A stretch of 64,000 bases of DNA from Candidatus Woesearchaeota archaeon. Lineage in GTDB: Archaea > Nanobdellota > Nanobdellia > Pacearchaeales > GW2011-AR1. The notes under the pieces are model-generated. The model did not search any database, was not told the DNA's origin, and saw only the letters and a list, made by a program, of their open reading frames with translations. Each line of letters starts with the position of its first letter. Position 1 is the stretch's first letter. The stretch spans positions 12,212 to 76,211 of the forward strand of contig CAZGQV010000002.1 in the NCBI GenBank assembly GCA_964527365.1, read 5' to 3'. Of this stretch, positions 53,159 through 62,528 are shown in pieces. A program made the translations under genes and the position numbers.

Positions 53159-54190
53159 ATGACAAAAAAATCAAGAAAAATCCCAGAACCAAAAAAATTG
53201 TTTGTGGAAAGAATGAATAAAATTCTCACAGATAAAAAAGATAATGAATTCTATTGGAACATTTTAAAAAAAACTCCAGTTGATTCAATTAGATGTAATA
53301 CCCTGAAAATTTTTCCTGAAAATTTAATAAAAAAATTAAATGATTTGGGATGGATAATCTCCCAACCTTGGGAAAAAAATCCAGAAGTGATGATAATTGA
53401 AGGTAAAAAACCAACAAATAATCCTCAAGAAATAATTAATGAAAAAGGGTTGGCAAAATTATTTCCGGGTGAACTTGGAAGAACCATGGAACATCTTTTA
53501 GGTTACTACTATGTACAAGAATTATCTTCAATGCTTCCAATTATTGCTTTAACTCCAAAAGAAGATGAAGAAATTCTGGATTTATGTGCCGCCCCGGGAT
53601 CTAAAACAACTCAAGCAGCAGCAACAATGAATAATACTGGAAACATAATAGCAAATGAAATAGCAATGAGCAGAATGAGAATTTTAGCTTCAAATTTAGA
53701 AAGATGCGGAATTACAAATACTATTATTACAAGAAAAGAAGGGAAAGCGTTATGTTTAAATTTAGAAAAAGAAAAAATAAAATTTGATAAAATATACATT
53801 GATGCACCTTGTTCTGGAGAAGGAACACTCCGAAGCACACCAAAAACATATCTTATGTGGAACATGAAAACAATAAAATATCTTTCAAAATTACAAAAAC
53901 AATTATTTTCTAAAGCATTCAAACAATTAAAAGTTGGAGGAGAAATAATCTATTCAACTTGTACACACGCTCCAGAAGAAAATGAAAAAGTAGTTGATGC
54001 TATGTTAAAAGAATTTGGTGAAAAAATTGAAATCCTAAAAATAGAATTGCCAATAAAAACAAGAAATGGAATAACTGAATGGGAAGAAAAAAAATATGAT
54101 AAAAGAGTAAAACTTGCCCAAAGAATTTATCCCCAAGACAACAACACAGAAGGATTCTTTGTATCAAAATTTAGGAGAATAAAAGAATGA
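53159..54190 (+). CDS. NOL1/NOP2/Sun-family RNA m5C methyltransferase
   Basis: 'DLCAAPGSKTTQ', 'DAPCSGEGTLR' and 'YSTCT'. Confidence 0.88.
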   Translation: MTKKSRKIPEPKKLFVERMNKILTDKKDNEFYWNILKKTPVDSIRCNTLKIFPENLIKKLNDLGWIISQPWEKNPEVMIIEGKKPTNNPQEIINEKGLAKLFPGELGRTMEHLLGYYYVQELSSMLPIIALTPKEDEEILDLCAAPGSKTTQAAATMNNTGNIIANEIAMSRMRILASNLERCGITNTIITRKEGKALCLNLEKEKIKFDKIYIDAPCSGEGTLRSTPKTYLMWNMKTIKYLSKLQKQLFSKAFKQLKVGGEIIYSTCTHAPEENEKVVDAMLKEFGEKIEILKIELPIKTRNGITEWEEKKYDKRVKLAQRIYPQDNNTEGFFVSKFRRIKE

Positions 54191-54672
54191 AATATAATCC
54201 AAACGAATTAAAAATTCTTCCTCAAAAAGAAAGAATAAAAATATTAAAAAAATTAAAATTCCAATTTGGAATAGAAGAAATTCCAGGAACATTAATTAAA
54301 AAAGGAAAAGAAAAAATTTTTCTCTACACCGGTAAACTAAAAAAAGAAGAATTATATTTATTAGACAAAACAACTTTTGTCGAAGCAGTAGGAATTTATT
54401 TGGCAAAAGAAGAAGGAGAAAATGTGAGACTTTCAATTGAAGGCTCACAAATATTAAAAGACCAAATGACAAAAAATATAATTGAATTAACAAAAGAAGA
54501 ATCTCAGACTTGGATGATGGGACATGAAGTAAGAATAAAATCTGGATTCAAAGGATTAGTTGCAATGAAATATGAAAATGATATGTTGGGAACAGGAAAA
54601 GCCTCTGAAGAGAAGATTACTAATTTTATTCCTAAATCTAGAAGACTAAAAGATAAAACTATTCTTGAATGA
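54187..54672 (+). CDS. PUA-domain protein (Nip7-like), translationally coupled to the m5C methyltransferase
   Basis: ATGA overlap with the upstream gene. The C-terminus 'GLVAMKYENDMLGTGKASEEKITNFIPKSRRLKD' resembles a PUA-domain end. Confidence 0.4.
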   Translation: MKYNPNELKILPQKERIKILKKLKFQFGIEEIPGTLIKKGKEKIFLYTGKLKKEELYLLDKTTFVEAVGIYLAKEEGENVRLSIEGSQILKDQMTKNIIELTKEESQTWMMGHEVRIKSGFKGLVAMKYENDMLGTGKASEEKITNFIPKSRRLKDKTILE

Positions 54673-54734
54673 TCTTCACATACTGTACATTATTTCATAA
54701 CACACCAGAAGTTTCTCCTGCGACACATTCCTAA

Positions 54735-54812
54735 AGAAAAGTATCGGAAGAAAAGATTAAAAATCTAATTCTAAAGTCCAGAAGATTAAAAAATAAAACT
54801 ATTCTTGGATAG
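54735..54812 (+). pseudogene. orphan duplicate of the last 25 codons of the preceding PUA gene
   Basis: The fragment reads RKVSEEKIKNLILKSRRLKNKTILG*, against GKASEEKITNFIPKSRRLKDKTILE* at 54595-54672. Hand count gives about 79% nt identity with several synonymous changes. A TAA lies immediately upstream. Confidence 0.6.
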
Positions 54813-54906
54813 ATTCTTCAGCACAACTTTCACACAACCCACTATCGTCTTCTGAATTCTTATCATACCAGTACCCACATTCCTTACATTTATCAAATCC
54901 TGTCAT
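54799..54906 (-). CDS. possible 35-aa zinc-ribbon mini-protein
   Basis: Own translation: MTGFDKCKECGYWYDKNSEDDSGLCESCAEESIQE (CxxC-14-CxxC). Not in the track. Confidence 0.3.
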   Translation of the reverse strand: MTGFDKCKECGYWYDKNSEDDSGLCESCAEESIQE

Positions 54907-54988
54907 TTTTAAGTCCAAAATTATCTAAACTCCAAGACTCCATTATTTAAATAATTAACTTTATAACCAAAAACTCCCTAAAATCAAT

Positions 54989-55873
54989 ATGAAAAAAGAA
55001 TCAATAATAAAGGCAGGAGAAATTGCAAAAGAAATAAAACTTTGGATTAAACCTCAAATAAAAAAAGGAATGCTACTTTTAGAAATAGCTGAACTAATTG
55101 AAAAAAAACTAGAAGAATTAGGGGGAGAACCAGCATTTCCTGTTAATCTTTCCATAAATGAACAAGCAGCACATTATACTCCCTCACATAATGATGAATC
55201 CATAGCAAAAGGATTATTAAAAGTAGATTTCGGGATTGAAATTGATGGGTGGATTGCAGACACTGCTTTTACAATAGACTTAGAAGGAACAGAATTAAAT
55301 AAAAAATTAATTGAAGCTTCAAAAACTGCTTTAACAAATGTTGAAGAAAATATTTCTTCCAAGATAACTTTGGGAGACATTGGAAAAATAATTGAAAATA
55401 CAATCAACTCCTTCGGATTCAATTCTGTCGCAAACCTTTCTGGACATTCCCTAGAACAATATGATTTGCATGCCGGAGTTTCAATTCCAAATATAGCAAA
55501 CAACTCTAATTACACTTTAGAAGAAGGGCATTATGCCATTGAACCTTTTGCAACAAATGGAAATGGAAAAGTTCATGACGGAGCAAAAGGAAACATTTAC
55601 GTTCTGTTAGGGGAACAAAATGTTAGAAGCCCAGCAGCAAGAAAAGTTTTAGATTACATCAGGGGCACTCATGGATACTTACCTTTTGCTGGAAGATGGG
55701 TAATTAAAAAATTAAAAACAACAGGAATAATTGGACTACGACAACTAGAAAATGAAGGAATAATCCACCATTACCCAATCCTCTTGGAAGAAAAAGGTAA
55801 ATTAGTAAGTCAAACAGAAAATACTTTTTTAATTGAAAAAGATAAAGTGATTATTACAACTAAAGAAGATTAA
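54989..55873 (+). CDS. map: methionine aminopeptidase, type 2 (archaeal)
   Basis: 294 aa with 'AAHYTP', 'KVDFGIEIDGWIADTAFT', 'GHSL..Y..H' and 'AIEPFAT'. Confidence 0.93.
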   Translation: MKKESIIKAGEIAKEIKLWIKPQIKKGMLLLEIAELIEKKLEELGGEPAFPVNLSINEQAAHYTPSHNDESIAKGLLKVDFGIEIDGWIADTAFTIDLEGTELNKKLIEASKTALTNVEENISSKITLGDIGKIIENTINSFGFNSVANLSGHSLEQYDLHAGVSIPNIANNSNYTLEEGHYAIEPFATNGNGKVHDGAKGNIYVLLGEQNVRSPAARKVLDYIRGTHGYLPFAGRWVIKKLKTTGIIGLRQLENEGIIHHYPILLEEKGKLVSQTENTFLIEKDKVIITTKED

Positions 55874-56484
55874 AATTTCTTAACCAAAATTCCTCTTTTC
55901 TCATCAAACTCAAACCCTTGCCTCCTAGCAGGAATATCATATTGCCTTTTTTTAGTATTTTGAAAATTCGCTCTAACAAGATCCCAAAAATTTCTTTTAT
56001 ATGGTAAAACCCATAATTCAGAAAGATCCAATTCTTTAAAATCCTCATACAAAACATTCAAAAATAAATCAGGATATCTTATCTTTCTCAATGCAACTCT
56101 TTCATCTTTAAAACCTTGAATTTGTTTTACCAACATAGAATTAGGCCTAGGTTCAAAACTACAAATTGCAATTGGATATCTTTCTTCCTTTAGCAAATAA
56201 TAATAACTAGAATCGGAGAACCGATTTTTATTTCCCAAAAAATATCCTTCTCCAAAATGTCTCTCAATAGAATATTTAGAAAAATCAACATCTTTTAATT
56301 TGGTAAAATTTGAATATTCAATCTCTAAATTAACTTCTTCTTTTTTGATAAAACTCTCCAATTTTTTATGTAATTTTTTAGAATCTTTTCTTAAAATAAT
56401 CTTCAAATCTTCTTTCACCAATTCAATACGATTTCCATAATGGAAACAAGTCTCAACGGGATAATCCAAATCATACTTTGTCAT
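55870..56484 (-). CDS. hypothetical protein
   Basis: 204-aa ORF. No family recognised with confidence. Confidence 0.45.
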   Translation of the reverse strand: MTKYDLDYPVETCFHYGNRIELVKEDLKIILRKDSKKLHKKLESFIKKEEVNLEIEYSNFTKLKDVDFSKYSIERHFGEGYFLGNKNRFSDSSYYYLLKEERYPIAICSFEPRPNSMLVKQIQGFKDERVALRKIRYPDLFLNVLYEDFKELDLSELWVLPYKRNFWDLVRANFQNTKKRQYDIPARRQGFEFDEKRGILVKKF

Positions 56485-56532
56485 AAAAATTCAAAATTAG
56501 ATTAATATAAAAATATAATTATTCAAAAGAAA

Positions 56533-58929
56533 CTATTTCTTCTCAGAATCAATTTCCTTAACCTTCTTTTTAGAATTAGCTTTCCCATGAACTTCTTTTA
56601 CTTTATCCATCTCTTTCTTAGGCAAATTTTTCATAATTTCATTCATATCAGGCATTCCAGGCATTGGAGCCGTTTCAGCTTTCAATTCGTCACCCTTTTG
56701 TTTTCTAATAGTTTCAAAACCATTAACAAAATCTTTCTTAGTAATTTTAACTTTACTCATATCTTCTTCTTTGTAATTTCTTTTAATTGAATTGATTCCC
56801 GCATTTCTACAAACAGCTTCAATATCTGCACCAGTCCAACCATTACTTTCTTTAGTCATCTTAACTAAATCTACATCTTTCTCCAAAGGCATCTTAGCAG
56901 TATGAACCTTGAAAATCTCACCACGAGTTTCTTCGTCTGGATTAAACAACTCCACATGTGAATCAATCCTTCCCGGTCGCAAAATTGCTGGATCAATTAA
57001 ATCCTTCCGATTTGTTGCAGCAATAATCATAACATTTTCCAAATCTTCAACACCATCAAGTTCAGTTAACAATTGATTTATCACTTTTTCACTAGAATCA
57101 CAACTAGAACCACTCGCACCACGAGATTTTGAAATTGAATCAAACTCGTCAAAGAAAATAATTGCAGGTGAAACTTGTTTTGCTTTCTTAAAAATTTCTC
57201 TAACATGTTTTTCACTTTCCCCCACCCATTTGGAAATTAATTCTGGTCCCTTAATTGAAATGAAATTAGCATTTGATTCAGTAGCAACGGCTTTAGCTAA
57301 AAGAGTTTTACCAGTTCCAGGTGGACCAAACAACAAAACACCTTTTGAAGGTTTAATTCCCGCAGCAATATACAAATCAGGACGAAGTAAAGGTAATTCA
57401 ACTAATTCGCGAAGTTTATCTTTAGCATCTTGAAGTCCACCAATATCGCTCCAATGAATATTTGGTTTTTTAATTAAAACTTCACGCATTGCAGATGGCT
57501 CAACCATTTTCATAGCATAAACAAAATCATCTCTTTTAACAACTAAATTAGAAAGCATTTTTTCTCTCTTTTGTAAAATTTCTTTTTCTTCAACACTCAA
57601 TAATTTTCCCTCTTTCAAATTTTCATCTTCAATTCCTTGATTTTCCATATCTTCAGCTAAACTCATAATTTCAGCATAAAAAGGTTTAACAGAATGTAAT
57701 GCTGCTTCCTTACCCAAAACTTCTAAATCTGCACCAGTAAAACCAATAGTTTTATTTGAAAATTCTGTTAAAATTGCTTCCTTATCTTCAAGGGGCATAT
57801 TTCTAGTATGAATTTCTAGAATTTTTCGCCTACCTTCTTCTGTTGGAGGATTAATTCTAAGTTCACGATCAAACCTTCCTGGACGCCTAAGTGCCTCATC
57901 TAAATCATCAGGCCTATTGGTTGCAGCCATAACCACAACTTGTCCTCGGCTTTTCAAACCATCCATCAAAGTTAATAATTGTGCAACAACCCTCTTTTCA
58001 GCTTGATCACTACTTTCTCCCCTCTTAGGAGCAATTGCATCAATCTCATCAATAAAAACAATGGCAGGGGCATTTTTTTGAGCTTCTTCAAATTTACCTC
58101 TTAAATTTTCTTCACTTCCCCCATGATATTTACTCATGATTTCTGGACCAGCAATAGAAATAAATTTGGCATCAGTTTCAGTTGCAACAGCTTTAGCAAG
58201 TAAAGTTTTACCCGTTCCAGGTGGACCGGTTAATAAAATTCCCTTGGGAGCACTAATTCCTAATTTCTCAAAAATCTTCGGATGCTTCATTGGAAATTCA
58301 ACCATTTCTCTAATTTTTGCTATCTCTTCATCAAGTCCCCCCACATCTTCATAATGAACATTCGCTCCACTCCCTTCACCCACAGAATCAGAAATTGTAA
58401 TTTTTGTATTATCATTAATTAATCCTAATTCTAAATTCTTAGGTAAAATTTTTGAAATAACACAAATAATTTTTTCCCCATTATTTAAAGAAACATTTGT
58501 TCTTTGCCCCATAGTTACTGGAGATCCCCCAAAGGCCGTTCTAAAAATATGTTCATTCCGGGAATCTTTCAAACTAGGAATAATACTTTGTTTCATTTCT
58601 TCTTCCGGAACATTTTCATTTTCTAAAACAGAAATTTCAATTGAACGTAAAATTTTAATCTCTTCTAAACTCTCCAAAACATTAACATTTTCTCCAAGAC
58701 TAATTTCCAAAACATGTCGAGTTTCACCATCAATTCCAATTTTCCCCTCAAAAGAATCATCACTCCTAATAGCCCGAAGAATCATTTTTTTAGAATTGCC
58801 CACTTGAACCAAAGTTCCAGAAATAATTTCTAATTTTTCTAAATCATTATTTGAAATAGAAACTAAATTTTTACCACGATATTCTTGTTTTGCTTCAACA
58901 ACTTCCAGAACTAATTTTTTACTTTTCAT
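56533..58929 (-). CDS. cdc48: CDC48/VCP-type AAA+ ATPase (N domain + D1 + D2), paralog B
   Basis: Two '[15 protein letters not shown]' Walker A motifs, two 'DE(I/F)D' Walker B motifs, second-region-of-homology Arg residues and an N domain 'LRAIRSDDSFEGKIGIDG'. Confidence 0.95.
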   Translation of the reverse strand: MKSKKLVLEVVEAKQEYRGKNLVSISNNDLEKLEIISGTLVQVGNSKKMILRAIRSDDSFEGKIGIDGETRHVLEISLGENVNVLESLEEIKILRSIEISVLENENVPEEEMKQSIIPSLKDSRNEHIFRTAFGGSPVTMGQRTNVSLNNGEKIICVISKILPKNLELGLINDNTKITISDSVGEGSGANVHYEDVGGLDEEIAKIREMVEFPMKHPKIFEKLGISAPKGILLTGPPGTGKTLLAKAVATETDAKFISIAGPEIMSKYHGGSEENLRGKFEEAQKNAPAIVFIDEIDAIAPKRGESSDQAEKRVVAQLLTLMDGLKSRGQVVVMAATNRPDDLDEALRRPGRFDRELRINPPTEEGRRKILEIHTRNMPLEDKEAILTEFSNKTIGFTGADLEVLGKEAALHSVKPFYAEIMSLAEDMENQGIEDENLKEGKLLSVEEKEILQKREKMLSNLVVKRDDFVYAMKMVEPSAMREVLIKKPNIHWSDIGGLQDAKDKLRELVELPLLRPDLYIAAGIKPSKGVLLFGPPGTGKTLLAKAVATESNANFISIKGPELISKWVGESEKHVREIFKKAKQVSPAIIFFDEFDSISKSRGASGSSCDSSEKVINQLLTELDGVEDLENVMIIAATNRKDLIDPAILRPGRIDSHVELFNPDEETRGEIFKVHTAKMPLEKDVDLVKMTKESNGWTGADIEAVCRNAGINSIKRNYKEEDMSKVKITKKDFVNGFETIRKQKGDELKAETAPMPGMPDMNEIMKNLPKKEMDKVKEVHGKANSKKKVKEIDSEKK

Positions 58930-59333
58930 TTTTTAAAAGAAACCTCTAAAATACCATTTTTAAAATTACTTTCCATTCCTTTAACTTTTATTTCCTTGCT
59001 TAAAGGATAACTAGCTAAATGTTTTTTTTCATCTAAAATTTTTAAAATCTTTTTCCCAGTAGCCACTTCTTCACCGTAATCATTTTGAATTAACTCATCA
59101 TTAATCCCTGCATGAACATTTTCTTTGCCAGAAAAATCAAATACAAAATAAATTTTCTTTTTTGTAACAACTTTAGCTAAAAGTGCTTTTCCAAAAACAT
59201 CTCTTTGAGTTCTTTTTGTTGTTTTTCTTTTTCCATCAGAACCAACGGTTGTATATTCTACAGAAGAATTTTCTCTAGATAAACGTCTAAATAAATCATC
59301 TATTCCTCCGCCAAAAAAATCATCTCCAAACAT
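58926..59333 (-). CDS. small heat-shock protein (Hsp20/alpha-crystallin)-like
   Basis: The C-terminal 'MESNFKNGILEVSFKK' matches the typical sHsp ending (A.y.NGvL.i.lpK), and 'IYFVFDFSGKE' sits at the beta-2/3 position. Its stop overlaps the CDC48-B start (ATGA). Confidence 0.5.
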   Translation of the reverse strand: MFGDDFFGGGIDDLFRRLSRENSSVEYTTVGSDGKRKTTKRTQRDVFGKALLAKVVTKKKIYFVFDFSGKENVHAGINDELIQNDYGEEVATGKKILKILDEKKHLASYPLSKEIKVKGMESNFKNGILEVSFKK

Positions 59334-59375
59334 CTTAATATAAATTATTTTTATTTAATAAATTCCAATACGAAT

Positions 59376-61715
59376 CTATCCTAAATAACTCCCCCCTTTA
59401 TTTGAAATTGTGGCATGAGCATTATTCAAAAATTGTTCTTCAATTTTTTTATAAGTTTCTAAAGATTGTTTTGTTACACTTGGTTGAACTTTTTTCTTAG
59501 CTTCATTAAAATCTTTCTTTGTCACTTTTTCTGCAGTCATGTTTTTCCGAAGTGCAATCATTCCAGCCTCCCGAACCAATGCTTCTAAATCAGCACCAGT
59601 AAAACCTTCAGTCTCCTTTGCTATTTGATCTAAATTAACATCCTTTCCCAGAGGCATGTCTTTTGCATGAATATCTAAAATCATTTTTCTTCCTTTTTCT
59701 TCTGGAGCATTCACTAGTAAAATTTTATCAAATCTTCCAGGACGAAGAAGTGCTGTGTCAAGCATGTCGGGTCTATTTGTTGCTGCGATAACCAAAACAT
59801 CTTTCATTTCTTCTAAACCATCCATCTCAGAAAGTATTTGATTTAATACCCTCTCTGTGACTTTATTTTGATCCATTCCACGTCTTCCAGCAATAGAATC
59901 TAATTCATCAAAGAAAATAATACAAGGAGAAACTTGTCTTGCTTTTTCAAAAATCTTTCTTACACCTTCTTCACTTTTTCCAACCCACATTGATAACAAA
60001 GAAGGACCTTTAATTTGAATAAAATTAGCTTCACTTTCTTTTGCTACTGCTTTTGCTAAAAGAGTTTTACCGGTTCCAGGGGGGCCATACAATAGAATTC
60101 CACGAGAAGGTCTAATCCCAATTCTCTTAAAACTTTCAGGATGTTTCATTGGCCACTCTACTGCTTCCTTTAAATCTTGTTTAATTTTATCAAGTCCACC
60201 GACGCTATCCCAATCAACATTGGGTGTTTCAACTAAAACTTCCCTCATTGCACTAGGTCGAACAATTTTTAATGAATCAGTAAAATCCTCATGCCTAATA
60301 ATTAATTTTTCTAAAATTTCCGGAGGAATATTCTCTTCATCAAGTTTAATTTTATTCAAATTTTTTCGTAAAACATTCATTGCAGCTTCTTTAGTTAACG
60401 ATTCTAAATCTGCTCCCACAAATCCATGTGTCAAAGAAGATAATCTGTCTAAATCAACATTTTTATGAAAAGGCATTCCACGGGAATGAATTTTTAAAAC
60501 TTGAAGCCTTCCAACTTTATCTGGAACACCAATTTCAATTTCACGGTCAAATCTTCCAGGTCTACGTAGAGCAGGATCAAGAGCATTCACCCTGTTTGTA
60601 GCTCCAATTACAATCACTTTTCCTCGAGCATTCAATCCATCCATCATAGTTAATAATTGTGAAACAACTCTTCTTTCAACTTCCCCATGAGTCTCTTCCC
60701 TCTTGGGAGCAATAGCATCAATCTCATCAATAAAAATAATTGAAGGAGCATTTTTTTCTGCTTCTTCAAAAATATTCCTAATTTTCTTTTCACTTTCTCC
60801 ATAAAATTTACTCATAATTTCTGGACCATTAAGTAAAATAAAATGTGCTTCTGACTCTGTTGCAACAGCTTTAGCAAGTAAAGTTTTTCCAGTTCCAGGA
60901 GGGCCATGTAATAAAACTCCCTTGGGTGGTGTCACTCCAAGTCTTTCGAAAATTTCAGGATGTTTCATTGGAATTTCAACCATCTCACGAATCTTTTTTA
61001 TTTCATCATTAAGTCCACCAATATCTTCATAATTAATTGTGGGAATTTTACCTTCAATAGAATCAACTGCTTTTGAATTTAGAACAACCCCTGTATTTTC
61101 TGTTATAATTACGGGGCAATTTGGATTTGTTGAAACAACACTAAATTTTATTTGGGCAACAGCTCCTCCAAGTTGACCACCTAAACCAGGAATATTTCCT
61201 AAAATATCTCCCAAGTTTCCAAAAATACCATTCAAATCACCCATTTCTTCACTCATTAATTCCCTTCTTTTTTGGACCCCGCCAAGAACTAAAACATCTC
61301 CCCTAATTAAAATTCTTCCAAGTAATCCTTTTCTCAAACTTGAAGGATCTCCTTGAACCATCACTCCTTTTTGAGCCGGAGCAAGTGTAATTTTTTTGGC
61401 TTCCTTAACTTCTGCTTTAGAAATCAAAACTTCATCACCAATTCCAACACCGGCATTTCTTCTTAAAAGACCATCAATTCTAATAATTCCATCCCCAATA
61501 TCGGCAGGATATGCCCTGTCTGCAATAGCAACAGTTTGTTTAGAAGATTTGATTAAAATTGCATCTCCTCGCTTAATTCCCAATTCTTGCATTAAATCCA
61601 AATCAAGTCTGGCAATACCTTTGTAAACATCATCTTGAAGTGCTTCACTAACTTTTAAGATTATTTCACCCTTCCCATTTATTTTATTTTCATCTTTTTT
61701 CATCTTCTTCTCCAA
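59376..61715 (-). CDS. cdc48: CDC48/VCP-type AAA+ ATPase (N domain + D1 + D2), paralog A
   Basis: N domain '[23 protein letters not shown]...[19 protein letters not shown]' and two '[15 protein letters not shown]' motifs. The start could be Met 61703; either start overlaps the upstream gene. Confidence 0.95.
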   Translation of the reverse strand: MEKKMKKDENKINGKGEIILKVSEALQDDVYKGIARLDLDLMQELGIKRGDAILIKSSKQTVAIADRAYPADIGDGIIRIDGLLRRNAGVGIGDEVLISKAEVKEAKKITLAPAQKGVMVQGDPSSLRKGLLGRILIRGDVLVLGGVQKRRELMSEEMGDLNGIFGNLGDILGNIPGLGGQLGGAVAQIKFSVVSTNPNCPVIITENTGVVLNSKAVDSIEGKIPTINYEDIGGLNDEIKKIREMVEIPMKHPEIFERLGVTPPKGVLLHGPPGTGKTLLAKAVATESEAHFILLNGPEIMSKFYGESEKKIRNIFEEAEKNAPSIIFIDEIDAIAPKREETHGEVERRVVSQLLTMMDGLNARGKVIVIGATNRVNALDPALRRPGRFDREIEIGVPDKVGRLQVLKIHSRGMPFHKNVDLDRLSSLTHGFVGADLESLTKEAAMNVLRKNLNKIKLDEENIPPEILEKLIIRHEDFTDSLKIVRPSAMREVLVETPNVDWDSVGGLDKIKQDLKEAVEWPMKHPESFKRIGIRPSRGILLYGPPGTGKTLLAKAVAKESEANFIQIKGPSLLSMWVGKSEEGVRKIFEKARQVSPCIIFFDELDSIAGRRGMDQNKVTERVLNQILSEMDGLEEMKDVLVIAATNRPDMLDTALLRPGRFDKILLVNAPEEKGRKMILDIHAKDMPLGKDVNLDQIAKETEGFTGADLEALVREAGMIALRKNMTAEKVTKKDFNEAKKKVQPSVTKQSLETYKKIEEQFLNNAHATISNKGGSYLG

Positions 61716-62043
61716 AATTTAAACTCAATCTTCCTGCTTCCTCAAAACAAAGTCGCACCATATCATCCATTAATTTTTCTTTTCCATGCATAAAGGAGAC
61801 AATTTCCTTTGGAATTGAAACGGCATAACTGTTACCAACAATTCGCATTTTAACTTTAAATTCCTTTTGATTAAGTTCTTTGAATTTATTATATTCTTCC
61901 ATGTCTTTAGGATGTACAATTTTATCATGACCCAAAGGACACACCAAAGCTCTCATTTGAAATCCATTTCTATTAACCACGACTTTTTGCATCACTTTAT
62001 TACAATCCTTGCATAAAATTGTATGGTTGAATATATCTGACAT
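61690..62043 (-). CDS. zinc-ribbon + AbrB/SpoVT (swapped-hairpin)-like small protein
   Basis: N-terminus 'CKDCNK...CPLGH' and C-terminus 'MRIVGNSYAVSIPKEIVSFM', typical of AbrB/MazE-fold DNA binders. Confidence 0.5.
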   Translation of the reverse strand: MSDIFNHTILCKDCNKVMQKVVVNRNGFQMRALVCPLGHDKIVHPKDMEEYNKFKELNQKEFKVKMRIVGNSYAVSIPKEIVSFMHGKEKLMDDMVRLCFEEAGRLSLNFGEEDEKR

Positions 62044-62064
62044 GTGTATACATTAAGTGTATAC
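62044..62064 (-). promoter_or_regulatory. direct repeat GTGTATAC x2 (13-bp period) between the TATA box and the ATG of the AbrB-like gene
   Basis: gtgtatac occurs at 62044-51 and 62057-64, each containing the palindrome GTATAC. The TATA-like box CTTTAAATA (minus strand) lies at 62065-73. Confidence 0.35.
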
Positions 62065-62089
62065 TATTTAAAGTTTTTGAAAAATTTAA

Positions 62090-62524
62090 TTACTCTTTTT
62101 TAGTTCCAGTCAAATCCCTAGGCACCCGATACTCTTCCCAACTAACTCGTTTTCCCTCAATTGCTTCTTTCAATTTTTTTTCAGTTAGAGTTAATTTGGA
62201 ATCCCCGCTTTTTACTTCAACAAAAACAACCTCATCAATTCTTTTATCATCAAGTCCCCTAAAAACCAACAAATCAATTGGTTTTCCTAAAAATTTACAT
62301 TCAGTAGGGAGATGTTTGAAATTAGGTAAAAAAGGCGCCAATTGTTCTGAAAAATTTCCACCTAAAATAGCACGAGATTTCATTATCGCATCTTTTCTAT
62401 GGTTCGGTAATTCTCTTTGCCACCACCGATCTTTTCTAAAAGAACCAATTTTACTTCCTAACTTATATGCGATAATTAATCCAATCAAAAATACAATTAA
62501 AAACACAATTGATGTAAAATCCAT
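62090..62524 (-). CDS. membrane-anchored endonuclease related to archaeal Holliday junction resolvase (PD-(D/E)XK)
   Basis: N-terminal TM, then 'FLGKPIDLLVFRGLDDKRIDEVVFVEVKSGDSKLTLTEKKLKEAI'. Confidence 0.65.
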   Translation of the reverse strand: MDFTSIVFLIVFLIGLIIAYKLGSKIGSFRKDRWWQRELPNHRKDAIMKSRAILGGNFSEQLAPFLPNFKHLPTECKFLGKPIDLLVFRGLDDKRIDEVVFVEVKSGDSKLTLTEKKLKEAIEGKRVSWEEYRVPRDLTGTKKE

Positions 62525-62528
62525 TTGA

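Noticed and set aside
57230-61626. Antisense ORFs within the CDC48 genes (57230..57433, 58136..58354, 60220..60468, 61396..61626)
   Set aside because: They are mirror frames of conserved AAA+ motifs; for example 'VLPVPGGP' is the antisense of GPPGTGKT. They are not independent genes.
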